DNA of 64,000 bases, taken from assembly GCF_009914755.1 (NCBI RefSeq), contig NC_060931.1; one strand, written 5' to 3'. Of the stretch, positions 1 through 15,358 are shown one piece after another. Each line of letters opens with the position of its first letter. Position 1 is the first letter of the stretch. Under the pieces are notes generated by a model that was not told the origin of the DNA, searched no databases, and saw only the letters and a list, made by a program, of their open reading frames with translations. The stretch comes from the human T2T-CHM13v2.0 reference genome, Homo sapiens. A program made the position numbers and the translations under genes.

Positions 1-119
1 TCCTTATTATGGATATAAACCTTTAACTTAATTTACAAATAAGTTTTGTAAGTTTGCTTTTGTTTTAGTTTATGGTATCACTTATTATAAATTTTTCTTT
101 TGGCATTTCATGTAATCAT

Positions 120-470
120 TGCTATGGTTTGGCTATGTCCCCACCCAAATCTCATCTTAAATTCCCACATGTTGTGGGAGGGACCCAGTGGGAGGTAATT
201 GAATCATAGCATGAGGGCAGGTCTTTCCCGTGCTGTTCTCATGATAGTGAGTAAGTCACACAAGATCTGATGGTTTTAAAAAGGGGAGTTTTCCTTCACA
301 AGCTCTCTTCTCTTTGCCTGCTGCCATCCATGTAAGATGTGACTTGCTCCTCCTTGCCTTCTGCCATGATTGTGAGGCCCCAGCCATGTGGAACCATAGG
401 TCTATTAAATCTCTTTTTCTTCCCTGTCTTGGGTATGTCTTTATCAGCAATGTGAAAATGGACTAATAGA
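120..470 (+). mobile_element. THE1 (ERVL-MaLR) solo LTR
   Basis: TGCTATGGTTTGGCT...GGACTAATAGA termini; 5-bp TSD ATCAT at 115-119 and 471-475. Confidence 0.92.
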
Positions 471-2190
471 ATCATCTATATCTGTCTTTTAAAGACTTTT
501 TGATGTTCCTGTCTTGAGAATCTCTCTCTCCTCTCTAGGTTAAACAAACTTTTTCCTAAACTTTCTTCTGACTTTCTAATCAAATAGTAATCATGTTCAG
601 CGGCCACAGAAATCCAAAAAAGGGTCATATAAATAAACAAGGGGGATTATTTTCCTCAAGTAATGAGAAATTAGAGGTAGACTGGAGCTGGTATAGTGGT
701 TCCACAGTGCTATCAGGAATGCAGGCTCATTTGTCTTTCTGTTTAGTCATCCAGGCTTGTCACCTCGTGGTCTTCAGATGGCATTCCAGACTGAGCAGTA
801 GTTTCGTTATATTCTTTCGCTCTTCATGGCTCTGCTTGCTTTAACTGAGAATCATATCCAGTTTGGTGACTGTAACTTCTGGGGATGGGGCCAAGATAAA
901 GCAGCTCCTTCCCCTCCCCCAGAATAACAAGTTCTTATGAAATATATTTTTTTCTGTTCTTTGAAAAAAATAGTGCTGATTTTGCTTTCTGTGCCATAAT
1001 AAATGTGTCTTCAGGATAAAGCCCCAGAATTTTTTTTCTTTAACCTATTGGGCTGTCATGTTTTAAAGTTATTTATACGCAAACGGAAATAAACATGATT
1101 ATATTCTCAAATTGGAACTGTTGGGAACATGGGACTTTAGCATTATGTTCAATAAGTAATACTTATTCAAGGTGTTCTGTGTGCCAGTAACTATGGTAAA
1201 CAAGGGGTATAAAACTGAATATGGTGTGATTCTCATCCTTAAAGAGTTTACCAGATAACTCAAGAAGCAGATAAACATTTAATTATAGTTTTAGATGGTA
1301 AGTTGAGTGTAGTATCAAGTTATGGAGGAAGGACTTTGAAGTTAGTTGAGGGCTGGGGAGCTATTATCATGAAACTTGATAGAGAAAACAACTTTTAAGC
1401 TGATACTTGAATGAGTAGTAGGAGTTACCGTTTTCAGGAGGAATTGGTAGGGAAGAGGAGACAACATTCTAGGAGCTTTAGTAGTTTAGTGGGCAGGGCT
1501 GAGTTATAAGTGATAGGCTGTGAAGAGATGAATCCTGGTCTTAGCAGGGACTTTTCCTTAGAGCTGAGAACCTTAAGAAGGTTTTAAAATGGAATTGGAC
1601 AAGATCAGATTTGCCTTTTAATAAAGTTAATTTGGTTATAGTAGAGAAAATTCAGTTGGGGGTGGGATCTGGAAGCAAGGGCCACCTATTAAGGAGTTTA
1701 TCTAATACATTAAAATCTATTCCAGTATTAGTCAAATATCTCTTGAGCACCTGTGTAAATACAATGTGGGGGAATGCAGAGGTATGTAAAACATATAATT
1801 CCTATTTTCAAGGAGTTTGTATTTTAAAATAACTGAGAACTAGGTAACAACAATATGAGGCAGTATACTAATGTTACGGCTTCTATCTTATAAAATGAGG
1901 GCAAATAAGGCTAGAATTAAGACTTGAAGCCAAAAGATCTTCATGGCTACAAAGCCCATATTCTTTCTAGGCATGCTACACTGCTTCCCATGGCACTTAT
2001 TACCACTTGATTTATTATCTGTATGTTACCTCAGAACCCTTGTGACATAAGATTAGAGTACAATTAAAATGATTTTCAACTTGGAATACCAAGTATCATA
2101 TGATCTCCACTCTGGCTTTCTCCAGGTAGTCTCTGTTGGATGGAATATAACCAGAAAAATAAATGTTGGGTTAGAAAAATTGTCACAAGG

Positions 2191-2515
2191 GGCTGGCCAG
2201 GCTCTGTGGCTCACGCCTGTAATCCTGGCACTTTGAGAGGCCGAGGCATGTGGCTCACCTGAGGTCAAGAGTTCGAGACCAGCCTGGCCAACATGGTGAA
2301 TCCCTGTCTCTACTAAAAATACAAAAATTAGCTGGGCATGGTGGTGCGTGCCTGTAATTCTAACTACTCAGGAGTCTGAGACAGTAGAATTGCTTGAACC
2401 TGAGAGGCGGAGCTTGCAGTGAGCCGAGTAGATCGCCCAACTGCACTCCAGCCTGGGAGCAAGACTCTGTCTCGAAAAGAAAAAAAAAAAGAGAGAAAAA
2501 AAGAAAAAAAAGAAA
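2191..2515 (+). mobile_element. AluS
   Basis: Full dimer, A-rich tail, TSD agaaaaattgtYacaa. Confidence 0.92.
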
Positions 2516-2761
2516 AGAAAAATTGTTACAATGAAGAAGTCGTTATGAACAGTCTTGAGATTAGTTTCTGTGAAACTTAGTATTGCACTGATAGGACAGT
2601 GGGGGACAAGATGTGCCATGTCATTAGATAGCTAGATAGCATACTTATTAATTTAAGGTTCTTTTTTCTATATTTATAAGTAGAGCAGGGAATGAAAAAA
2701 GGGCATGCACTACTGCCAATAAATAAAGAATTGGTGGTTTTTGATTATGTATTTGCTTTTA

Positions 2762-3136
<375 letters not shown>

Positions 3137-3638
3137 TTAAATCTGTTAAACCAACTATTGAAACTCAGGCCTTGTAAAGATGGCTAATTTATTCTTTGAT
3201 CTTTCTCTATTTCTGTAAGAGGTGTGTTTGCCATGTGGTGACATTTTCTTACCTGTATGTTGATGCATTTGAGTAATCTTCTGAGAGTCTTTCTTGCTCT
3301 GAAATGTGACTTGACATGATATCTACAGAATTACTTAAAAAAATTAGGATATGATATTCCGATTTGAAAAACATTACTTTTCTTATAAAATAGGAAGAAG
3401 TAAAAAGGGAGAATAAAGGTTGGGCTGATAATTTGGTATTATAGGATGAGGAGAAACAGGGAAACTCAGAGGGGATACTTATCTTTTAACTACCCAAAAA
3501 CTCTGAATGTGGATTAAATGTCAGATGCATAAGGCAAGAGAAAATGAAAAATAATAAGGTTCCAATTCAGGGATTTTATAGTCTAGTAGTCTTTTCTACT
3601 GATAATCCTTGAGAGAATTGAGTGTTAATGTCCTAAGC

Positions 3639-3790
3639 CAGAGGTTCTCAAAGTTAATGTGTATCACACTCACCTGGAATGCTTGTTAAAGTGCAGATTG
3701 CTGGGCCTCACCCCCCCAAATTTCTAATTCAGTAAGTCTGAGTGGGATCTGAGAGTGTTCATTTCTAACAAGTTCCCAAGTGCTGCTGCT
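3639..3790. mobile_element. MER5-type hAT-Charlie MITE
   Basis: CAGAGGTTCTCAAA...cacctgg...cttgttaaa...cagattgctgggcc...catttctaacaagttccc. Confidence 0.75.
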
Positions 3791-4204
3791 AATTGCTGTT
3801 GTCTTTTGTATGAAATTAATTTGTTTCTCTCCTGTGTCTTAGAATGGTACTGGTTATATACGATCATTGGGAGAATTTTAGAAATAGTTCCTCAAATCAT
3901 TTTTCTGTGTAGTGAGAAACTCTGATGGAGAAACTTAATTTTTTTAAAAAAATTGATGAAATTAATTATAATTCCAAACTTCAGCTCATAAGAGAAGGTA
4001 AAAACAAAATTGAATAGACATAGAAAAATTAATCTGGCAGCCATTTGCAGGATGGGTTGGAATGGGAAAAGACAGAGTGTAGGTTCTCTCATCCATCTGC
4101 TATCTAGATTATGATTTAAATAAAAGAGATCATAAAAGAGATCTCTCCATTTGGAATTTTTTGCCCTTAGATGGAAGTAGCATCAACCACACATCAAAGG
4201 CCAG

Positions 4205-4609
<405 letters not shown>

Positions 4610-4889
4610 TAGTATTTGACTTTCTCCATGGTTCTTACCACCTTCCTTATCAATACTCTTTACTTCTTGTTGTAGTTTCTGTATACTTCTGTCTCCCTAA
4701 TTGGATTTCTGGCTTTTTTTGTATTCAATTTGATATCTGTATATTAAATAATTTATGATTTTGAAGTCTAGATGGGATGGGCAGGATGAAAATCTCTGCA
4801 TTTTAAATCTGGAAAAATAAATCTGAAAAAAGGAAATTATCAGGGGATTTATATTTTTGTAAACTTTTTATACAGCAATTTAATAGCAT

Positions 4890-6170
4890 GTGTAAATTGT
4901 CAACTTCCAGGTTGTATCTCCAGCCCAGACCTCACATTTCAGCTTCAGAATAGTATATCCTTTTGCCTACCTAATATCTAATAAGCTTCTCAAATGTAAC
5001 TTGTTCAAATATAAGCAGATTTTCCCTCACATGCCCAAACCTCACCTCCCGCAGTCTTCCTCTCTCAGTAGTGGTAACCCCTTGCTTCCAGGTGCTCATG
5101 CCAGGACCTTGGAGTCATTCTTATTTTTGTCTTCTCTCTCACTTCTGCTTCCAATCTGTCAGCAATTTTTTTGGTTCTTACCTTCAGAGTACATCAAGAA
5201 TCCAACTAAGAATTCACCACCATCACTGCTACCTCCTGTCTTTAAGCTACCATCACCTTGTACTTGGATTAGTGCAGCCACTTCCTAAATGATCTGCTTC
5301 TAGCCTTTCTTCTCACCCCCATTAGTCTTCTTAACAGACAGCTAGGCTAGTCCTGTTAAATGTAAGTCTGGTCATTTCACTTCTCTGCTAAAAACCTTCC
5401 AGTGACTTCCCCTTTTACCGAGAATAAAAAGGTAGTGATTTACAGTGATCTTTAAGACCCTACCTACACAGTTGCCTGCCCCTATTCTCTTGAGTTCATA
5501 TCCTACTAGTTTCTTCCTTACTCTCTATGCTACAGTAACACTGGCCTCCTTTTTGTTCCTCGAACACACAGGGTATGCTCCTATGCATGCACTGGCTATT
5601 TCCTCTATCTGGAATACTCTTTCCCCTAGATACCACATGACTCACTACATCACCTTCTTTAGCTCGTTGATGAAACGTCACTTTGGGCTTGGCCGGTGGC
5701 TCACCTGTAATCCCAACACTTTGGGAGGCTGAAGCAGGAGAATTCACTTGAGTCCAGGAATTCAAGACTAGCCTGGGCAACATGATGAGACCTCCCCTCT
5801 ACAAAAGGTAAACTAAATTAGCTGGGCGTGGTGGTACATGGCGGTAGTCCCAGCTGCTCAGGAGGAGGCTAAAGTAGGAGAATCACTTGAGCCTGGGAGG
5901 CTGAGGGTGCAATGAGTCATGATTGTGCCACTTTACTCCAGCATGAGTCACAAAGCGAGACCCTGTCTCAAAAAAAAAAAAAAAGTCATTTTGGTAAGGC
6001 TTTTGCTGGCTACCCTTTTAGACATTGCAGCACCACAAAACTCTCCTTGCTGGCTTTATTTGAGAAAGAAACAAAAAGCAGTGATTTTAGTTTATTTTGT
6101 TCCTGCTGCATTCCCCTTCGCCTACAATAATGCCTAGCACATGATAGGTGGTTGATAAATAGTTGTTGCA
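4890..6170 (+). mobile_element. L2 3' fragment, interrupted by an Alu
   Basis: Degenerate L2 motifs (ctccagcccagacctc; cacttctctgctaaaaaccttccagtgacttcc) ending cctagcacatgataggtggttgataaatagttgttg. Confidence 0.7.
5686..5983 (+). mobile_element. AluJ
   Basis: Diverged dimer with poly(A); TSD aaa(c)gtcaYtttgg. Confidence 0.88.
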
Positions 6171-6338
6171 GGAGTTTATTATTTTAGCTGTGAAGAAGAG
6201 TATTCCTTTCCTCTGAGAAGTACACTTGAAAAAATCCTGTAACTCTAGCGTAGACTACCAGTTATTGACTTCCAACATTTACTCTGCTTTCCTTTTTCTA
6301 AAATTGATAAAGTCCAAACCTCTCTTGTTTGGATTTGA

Positions 6339-6796
<458 letters not shown>

Positions 6797-9682
6797 CTAA
6801 CACTCGTAGTGATATTTTGGTATGCATTTTGCTTTTAGATGACTTTATGTCATGATTTATAACTTTAAAGCCATAGCTTTTTTTCATATTCTCCAAGAAA
6901 TGTTAATACCTCTTTCTTCCTTTAAGCCTAGATTGAGAGTATTGTTCCTGTTTTGATTTTGAGGGTTTTGTTCATTTTAGTATTTTTGTGTAGCTAGTGC
7001 TTAATAACTGCGTGAATTGGAGGAGTTAGGTTCCACAGAAGCACCTTGCTCTCTTACTCAAACTTGAATTTTATGTGCTTGCTATGGAAGTCATATGCTT
7101 CAGATATTTCATTTCAGGTATTTTGCGCTAGTGTCAGATCATGTTTTGAATCATGTCCTAACTTCTCTATTTGAAAGAGTCATTGTAGCACTTAACGTTG
7201 ATCCTGCTGCCATTTCTTCAGGATGTAGGGAAGCGCAGTGACTCTAATCTCACTTCTTCGTATCTTAAAAGAGATAGGTGTTACAGGCTGTTATACTGTG
7301 CCCTTCATTACTTCATTAAGATATACGGAAAATAAGTGAATTCGAAGACATTAAGTCAAATACATAGGATTCAGGTTCTTATTTCTGATGTTGGAGAGGT
7401 GCTAGTCTCAGACTAGATCTATGGCCTTGGCAACAGACAGTAGACATGGGAGCTCTTAACTCCCTCCTAAATGTAACTGTTATATTTTGTTGCTATGGCA
7501 ATAGAATGTGCTTAATGCTAAGATTCCATATCTATAGCTGAAGATGTATGCAGTATAAATTAATTCTTTTTCTCATATCCAAGCCAGGACTTGAATGTCA
7601 ACATGCATAGTAATAGGGGCTTTGCTGAGAAAACAGATACTGCTACATGACTTAAGATACCCTGTAGGAAAAAAAGCCTGGGTTCAAAGATAAACACAAC
7701 TTTACCCAAAATAGTGATAAATTAGAACCAACTTAAATGTAAAGCAAAAACTGAATTATCTGTATAGCAGAATTTGATTATTATTAAAATGTGTCCAAGG
7801 GGTAGTTAATCAAATGGAGAAATGTTCATGAGAAAGTAAGTACAAAAGAAAAGATTCCAAGTATATAGCATGATCTGGTTCTGCAATTAAAAGAAGGCTA
7901 TATACATACAGGAAAGAGAAGAAGAAAATATACCAGTATGTTGACACTGATTAATTCAGGATTTGGAGATTATAATGATCTTTTTATTTTCTTCTTTATA
8001 CTTTTCCATATAATTCCCAGTTTAGATAACTATCTATAATTTTATTATTTTTAAAAGAAAGAAAAAAGATTTTAGAAACAGATACAGCTGTGTGATTCTA
8101 GGCAAGTTAATTAGTGATCACAGTGATGATGGCTACATTTTACTGAGTACCTACTATTTAACAAACATTGTGTGTATTTTACACATTTTGTCACCCTTAC
8201 TTCATAATGGCCAAGGAAGGGAGGCCTAATTGTCTACCTTTACATATTGGAAAAAAGACTTAAAAACTTTAAGTAGCTTGTAAGCTAGTAAGTTGTAGAG
8301 CCAGGATTCAAACCAAGATTTGTGTTCATAATTTTCTCAATATACTATAAGGTCTTTCCAAAATGATTAAACTTCCAAAATCTGTGATTTCTTATTGTAA
8401 AATGTAGGCAGGATTGTATGGGAATGAAATGACAGGAGGTACATAAACCACAGGATTAGGTTTTTACACATGTATTCTTCAAGCTTTATTATTAAATATG
8501 TTCATTTAACAACATTATCTAAGATTTAATTCTGTAATATTAAACCTGTAAGTTGCATTTCTTCAAAGAAGAGCAATGTTAATCCATTGGTTAACATTTT
8601 GTCCTGTTTTTGTGTTTACACAGTACAGTTTTACAGTCAGTTTTTGAAAGGTTGGATTTCATAAAGATAAATGATACTGTGTTAAAAGAGGTAAAGCTTA
8701 TATTTCCCACTTTCCTTAAAACATGTCTTAACAAACCTGATATTTTGCTGGGATTTGAAGGGACCTCTGTTCCTTACTTGAGTTCTGAACCATGTGAGTA
8801 GCCAAAACAGTAAGCATATCCAGTTTTTTCTTCCCAGATTTGGTAATATCTCTGGGGTAGCTAAGGTCAGGAATATTATTGCAAATGGAAAAGAAGTATT
8901 ACTGTCAATACCTCTCTCAAGTTTCATACTTTTGTTTAGAAGTTAGTGTAAAAAAGTTGCTGAAACACCGAAGTATGATAGATTGGGTTCTGGCTGATAG
9001 TTACCATTATAGTCATCAAAATACATACATACATACATGTATAGATATAGTTTACTTACTCTTATGTTCAGTGTTACACTGTTGCTTATGGGTATAATGA
9101 GCACACTTCCCAGAATATCCAGGACAAGTATGATTTCAAGTATTACTTAATATAGTTGGTCTCTGTTAATTATGTGTCTTAATTTGGGATTTGGAAAATA
9201 TGGACGGTATTATCTGTGGGAAATATAAAGAGGTATAAAACCATTGCCCACAAGTTTACAATTTGACTGGACAAATAAAATATTCCTTAAGACAGTGAAC
9301 GTGTAAAATTTTTTTCATGTGTTATATCTATTGCACAGTGTTCCATTGTATGATTAACCATCACTTATTTTATCTATCCTAGTGATGAACACCTAGAGTA
9401 TTCTTCATTTTTAAGAAACAAACTTCAGGATAGTGTTTTTCGTCGTCGTTTTTTTTTTTGTTTGTTTGTTGGTTTTTTTTTTTCTGGAAGCGAAAAGGAG
9501 GGAAAGGGATTGTAGCAGAGGGAAAACCTAAGTTACATGTTTAAAAAAATAAGAAATTTTACAATTATGGGGAAAGAGGCAATGGCATTGTGGACATGAA
9601 ATAAATTAATGTTAACCATAGTAACAATTCAGAGAAGAAGGAGAATATTTTCAGGAATCAATCTTTCATTTGTCAATAAAAA

Positions 9683-10021
<339 letters not shown>

Positions 10022-10265
10022 TAAGTTTTTTAATGTGCCAAAATGCTAGGTGCTATTGTTACACCTGTGAATAAAACAATTATGGTCTCTGCCCTTAGCA
10101 AACTTATAACCTAGTAGAATAGACAAACACTAAACATATAAATACATCAAATTTATAGCAAATGATTTGAAGGGATACATAGATTCAGTGATAGAGAATA
10201 ATGTGATAACAGGATTAAAGACCAATATATAGGGTGTTCAAAGAAAGTATCTCTGAGAACATGAT

Positions 10266-10560
10266 ATTTTTTATTTTATTTTAGTGACAGTCTTGTTCTG
10301 CTGCCCAGGAGAGAGTTCAGTGGTGCTATCATATCTCACTATAACGTCAAAATCCTGGGCTGAATCTATCTTCCTGCCTTCCTCCTACCCAAGTAGCTAG
10401 GACTACATGTGTGTACCACTATACCTGGCTCATTTTTTTCACATTTTGTAGAGATGGAGTCTTGCTGTGTTACCCAGGCTGGTCTTGAACTCCTGGCCTC
10501 AAGCGATCTTACCATCTCCCAAAGCACTGGAATTACAGGTATAAACTGCTACCCCTAGTG
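10266..10560 (-). mobile_element. AluJ
   Basis: Diverged reverse Alu; TSD acatgatattt. Confidence 0.88.
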
Positions 10561-11540
10561 AAGGACATGATATTTGAGACAAAGATGGAAGGATGAGAAG
10601 ATGTTAAAGCCTAAGAATTGAGGAGGGAGTAATGATAAGAATATTTTAGGCTGAAGGTAGTGCGTATGCAGAAGCCCTAAGGGTTAAAAGAGAAAAAAAA
10701 AGAGGAAAAAAGTTGATATATTCATGGAGCAAAAAAGGGGCCAGTGTAGCTGGAGCATACTAAGCACGATGTGGGAGGAATTTGAATACTATTCTAATGC
10801 AGCTTCAAGCCATTGAATTATGCTGTAAAGCAAAACATAACTATTGTCTGGCTGCTGTGTGGAAAATAGATTGTAGTGATGAGAGGGCAAAAGTAGAAAT
10901 AGACGAATGAAGCTGTTGAAGTTGTTAGGGTAAGAGGTGAAGGTGACCTGAGCTGGGATTACCCAGGAGATGGGAAGGTTTGGTCATATTCATAGTATAT
11001 TTTCAGGCTAAGAAAGGACTCAAGGATGAATTTTCTGTTATTGGCCTGAGGGAGCCGGTGACAATGTCATTTATGAGATGCATAAGATTGGAGGAAGAAT
11101 AGGTTGGTGGAAAGGATCAAAAGAATGGAGGTAACCAGTTATATCTCTAGTACAAGATGTCAAGTAGGCACTGTTACAGGAGTCCGGATTTCAGAACAGA
11201 GGTCAATAGTTCAGAAGTTAGGAATCATCAGTATATGTAAGTTTTTGTAGTAGTTAAACTCCTAAAACAGAATGAGATCAACCAGGGGAAAATGTAGTTG
11301 AAGAAGTAGGTGTGGGGCTTAGGAGCAAGCTCAGAGGACCTCCAACATTTAGACACCAGATAAATTCCATCAGGAATCTGAGAACCAGGTGTCCAGTGAG
11401 GTTGGAGGAAAGACAGGAGGTCCTGGTATCTTGGTAGCTGAAACAGGGAAGTATTTCAGAAAGGAGGAGGAGAGAACATTTGTTCAGAGGGCTGCTAAGA
11501 GTTCAGATAGGATGAGAGTAGGAGAAAATATACTGGATTC

Positions 11541-12291
11541 TGTGATATGATCAGCGTCCAGTTAAGTGACAGAAACCACAAAGTAATTGAAAAGGGAAAG
11601 TTTAATATAAAGAATTATTTACTATAACAGGAGATTACCTACTGAGGGGAAAAGGGAACTCTGAAGAATATGTATATATATGTAGCAGATATAGGGAGCA
11701 ACCATTACCACTAGGCCTGAGGCAGAGCACCCAAGGAAGGAACAAATCTGAAAGAGGCCCCCCTCTACCATCCCTGGACTGAGATTCAGAGATCACTGGG
11801 ATGGCAGAGAAGTTCTCTGGGGTACTGCACTTAAAGAACTCACCTGTAGAAAACCCTCCTCTGAGGGGCCAGGGAAAACAGCTCATAGGAAGTGCTCCAC
11901 CAGCGGAACTCACTGGGGGCACTGTGTACTGCCTGGAAAGCTATCTTCTAGGGTGCTGGGGGAAAAAACTGTAGACCTCTCTGGGAGTCCACTCATGGGG
12001 GTGATACATGCTTAGAAGCCATCCCCCAGGATCCCAAGAGAAGTTGCCGACAGGAAGGTATGATTCACTATTAGCATCCACACATGGCAGAAGCCTACTG
12101 AGAGAAACAGAGCAAAACCAGGAAAAGAATCCTTTCTCCTGTGGTGTCCCTCCCATATCTTCTACTGACAAAGTTTAACAGCATGACAGCCAGCAAAGGA
12201 AAGTAGTTTCCAATGCCCACCTTCATTATAGCGCAGTGGGTAATGGAGGATGAATTTTGAGTTGAGAGGCAGTGAGTTGACAGTTGGCACA
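11541..12291. mobile_element. Ancient solo LTR (LTR78-like)
   Basis: TGT...GGCACA termini; gacagaaaccaca...gtaattga...gggaaagtttaatataaagaattat and gcagatatagggagc match my recollection of LTR78. Confidence 0.65.
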
Positions 12292-12499
12292 CATGGGATA
12301 TTGCTGCTGATCTTGATAAACAGTCAGGGAGTGGTGAGAATAGAAGCCAGATTGCAGTGAGTTGAAGAGCAAATGGGAAATGATGAATGGAACAGGTATG
12401 TAAACAACTCTTTCGAGAAGAAGATTTACTGTTAGGTAGAACAGAGTTAAGGTGTAGTAGCTACGTGTGGGATATTTGTGGAGTTTTTGTTTCATTTAT

Positions 12500-13050
12500 A
12501 TTTTTTAGAATGTAAGAAACTTTTTGAATATACATACATACATAAAAACTTACAAATCAAGAATACAGCTCAATAAATATTCACAAAGTGAACACAACTA
12601 TGTCATTAGCATCCAGATCTAGATATAGAGAAATATAACTAGTACCCCAGAAGCCTTCCCTCATCCATCCAGTAAAAATTATGTCTCCCAAGAGTGACTA
12701 TTATCATGACTTCAGCAACACAGTTTTACCATTGTGGTTCTTCATATAAGGTGAATCATGTAGTATATGCTAGTCTGTGTCTTTTCATTCATTCTACTCC
12801 TAAATGATATATATACTCCTAAAAAATCTCCATAGAGATTTTTATTTGTCTTGTATATCTTTGTTTACACTGTGATCATGAAGATGTTCCTTCATGTTTT
12901 CTTCTGAAAGCATTATTGTTTTACCTTTCACATATACATCTGCAGTTCATCGGGAATTTGACTTTGGTGTGGGGTTTTGGGTAGAGTTCAAGATTATTTT
13001 TTCCATGTGGATATGCAGTTGACCATGCATCTATTGAGAAGACCATCGTT
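12500..13050 (-). mobile_element. Old L1M 3' fragments
   Basis: L1MC/ME-type motifs (cacaaagtgaacaca...agtaccccagaagcc; ttccatgtggatatgcagttgacc). Confidence 0.6.
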
Positions 13051-13784
13051 TAAGCCAGGAGATTTTTTAATGATAGAAAATAACAGAACATGTTTGCATA
13101 TTGATAGGTGATCTAGGCCCTTTATCATTCTCTAGATTCTAGGGAAATGGTGGTATAGGAATGGGTTAAGATAAATGAGATAACATAATTTTTGGAAAGG
13201 AAGGGAAGGTTTTTGAAAAGGAAGGGACCTATTGCATAAATAGAACATACGCCTTTGCTTCTAAAGATGTGTACTTTCGTTGTGATAGGTAGAAGAGAAA
13301 AACGAGTTCAAGTACAGATTGGTTTGCAAACTTAACTATGAGGAGAGGAAAACATTCTTTCTGTGTACTTTTGTTTTGTTTATGAGCTAAAGATGGGTCC
13401 TGAGAAGATACGTCAAGAAGGAAAGGGTTTCTTTGCACATGGATATTTAGTTGTTTCAGTACCATTTGTTGAAAAACCTATTCTTTCTCCATTGAGTTAA
13501 CTTTGTACCTGGAGTGAAGCCAGTTCTACTAAACTATGCTTTGACTGTGGTGAAAGGGGATTTCTCCAGAAAAATTGGATTGTTCTTAATAGAGAAGTGA
13601 TGGAACCGCTGTCAGGTAAATAAAATTGGAATATAATGGAAGAAAGCATTTCTAGCCCCTTGATCTTTAAAGGCATATGATTGTATTTTTTGCAAAATCA
13701 GTGAATTAAAAACTGAAGCGATCATGTTATAAAAGGCATTATCTTCTTTTAGAATTTGTCTTTACTCCTTTTGGTGGAGGAGAG

Positions 13785-14063
13785 GACAGGCCCTCCACTC
13801 TGTCGCCCAGGCTGGAGTGCAGTGGCGCAATCTTGGCTCACTGCAACCTCTGCCTTCTGGGTTCAAGCAATCCTCCCACCTCAGGCTCCCGTAGCTGGGA
13901 TTAGAGGCATGCACCAGCACACCTGGCTAATTTTTGTATTTTTAGTAGAGACCAGCTTTCACCATGTTGCCCAGGCTTGTCTCTAACTCCTGGACCCAAA
14001 CGATCCTCCTACCTGGACCTCTCCAAGTGCTGGGATTACAGCTGTGAGCCACTACACTTGGCC
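13785..14063 (-). mobile_element. Alu with degraded or replaced tail
   Basis: Reverse Alu body from cactctgtcgcccaggctgg to acttggcc. Confidence 0.88.
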
Positions 14064-15083
14064 TGTCTTAATTGGTGTCCTTTGACTTAATATTAACACT
14101 ACCACAATGGACTAGGTATTTCCTTTCGGCTTGCATCTCATCTAGCTGTACCTTACGTTAAATTTTTGCTTAGTAAGTTTAAGGGATCTAAGGGAGAAAT
14201 ACCCTTCATTTTTAGAACAGCTTGTGGTAGAATGTTTGGGGAAAGCATTACTCTAAAGTATAAATTATTCATCATGAGAAGATACTTTTGCAAATGTGGC
14301 AGTAGGCCACAGTGTTTTCCAGACTCTTCTTAATGTTTGACTTTAAACAGGAAGAACATTAGAAATTATATCTTTCATTTTATAATACAATTGAAAGTAT
14401 TATGCAATACCTATAGCATAGGTTCACTTTCTCCTGAAATCTCTTTTGTAATAGCATGTCTCACCCTGTTTCTTAGATTGAATCAGTGGGATAGCATTGA
14501 GGGACAGGAAAATAGTAAAATATTCCCTGATTCTAAACCAGTTTTCTTAGGTGAGGGCTATAGTTGTTCAGCAGTATAAGAGTTTGGCTATTATCAGGTA
14601 AGCCTACGATTCAGAAATAATCTTTCACTTAAATTAGAAAAAACAAGTAGAACCCAATAGAAAAATAAATGTCTTTGTATTATGTTGTGATTTGTTCTTT
14701 CAAGAGAAGGGAAGTAGACCCACTAGGAAAGTGTCTTTGTGTTACCTTGCGCTTTCATTCACATACTGATTACTCAGTAACAGCATCTGAATTTGTGAAG
14801 AATATTTAAGTATGTGATTTTTTAAGAAAGCTCTGTAAGGAAAACGTTTTTCCTGTTAACAAACATTTTATAGGGACCTGTTGCCCTGTTATAGACTAGA
14901 ATTATTCTGACTTTATTCTATGTAAGCCTATGGTAACTTGATTCATTGATACCTTCCAAGGGGTTAGCAGGCATCACCTAAAATATATTGGCTACCTTGG
15001 TGTTGTATCTTCTTTCTTCCCTATAACTGAAAGTGTTCAACTATCTCTTCTATAACTATCCGTAATACAGTTTCTGGTCTTTT

Positions 15084-15333
15084 TTTTTTTAAAAAAAATT
15101 ATACTTTAAGTTCTAGGGTACATGTGTACAGCGTGCAGGTTTGATACATAGGTATACATGTGCCATGTTGGCTTGCTGCACCCATCAATTCATCATTTAC
15201 GTTAGGTATTTCTCCTAATGCTATCCCTCGCCAATCCCCCACCCCCCACCGACCCCCTGACAGGCCCCAGTGTGTGAGTTCCCCGCCCTGTGTCCAAGTG
15301 ATCTCATTGTTCAATTCCCACCTATGAGTGAGA
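15084..15333 (-). mobile_element. 5'-truncated L1PA 3' end (~L1PA6/7)
   Basis: ttatactttaagttctagggtacatgtg...tatgagtgagaac; TSD ACAGTTTCTGGTCTTTT. Confidence 0.93.
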
Positions 15334-15358
15334 ACAGTTTCTGGTCTTTTAAAAAAAA

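Noticed and set aside
9436-9483. Orphan T-rich tract suggesting a minus-strand retrocopy tail
   Set aside because: No recognisable retrocopy body or convincing TSD follows.
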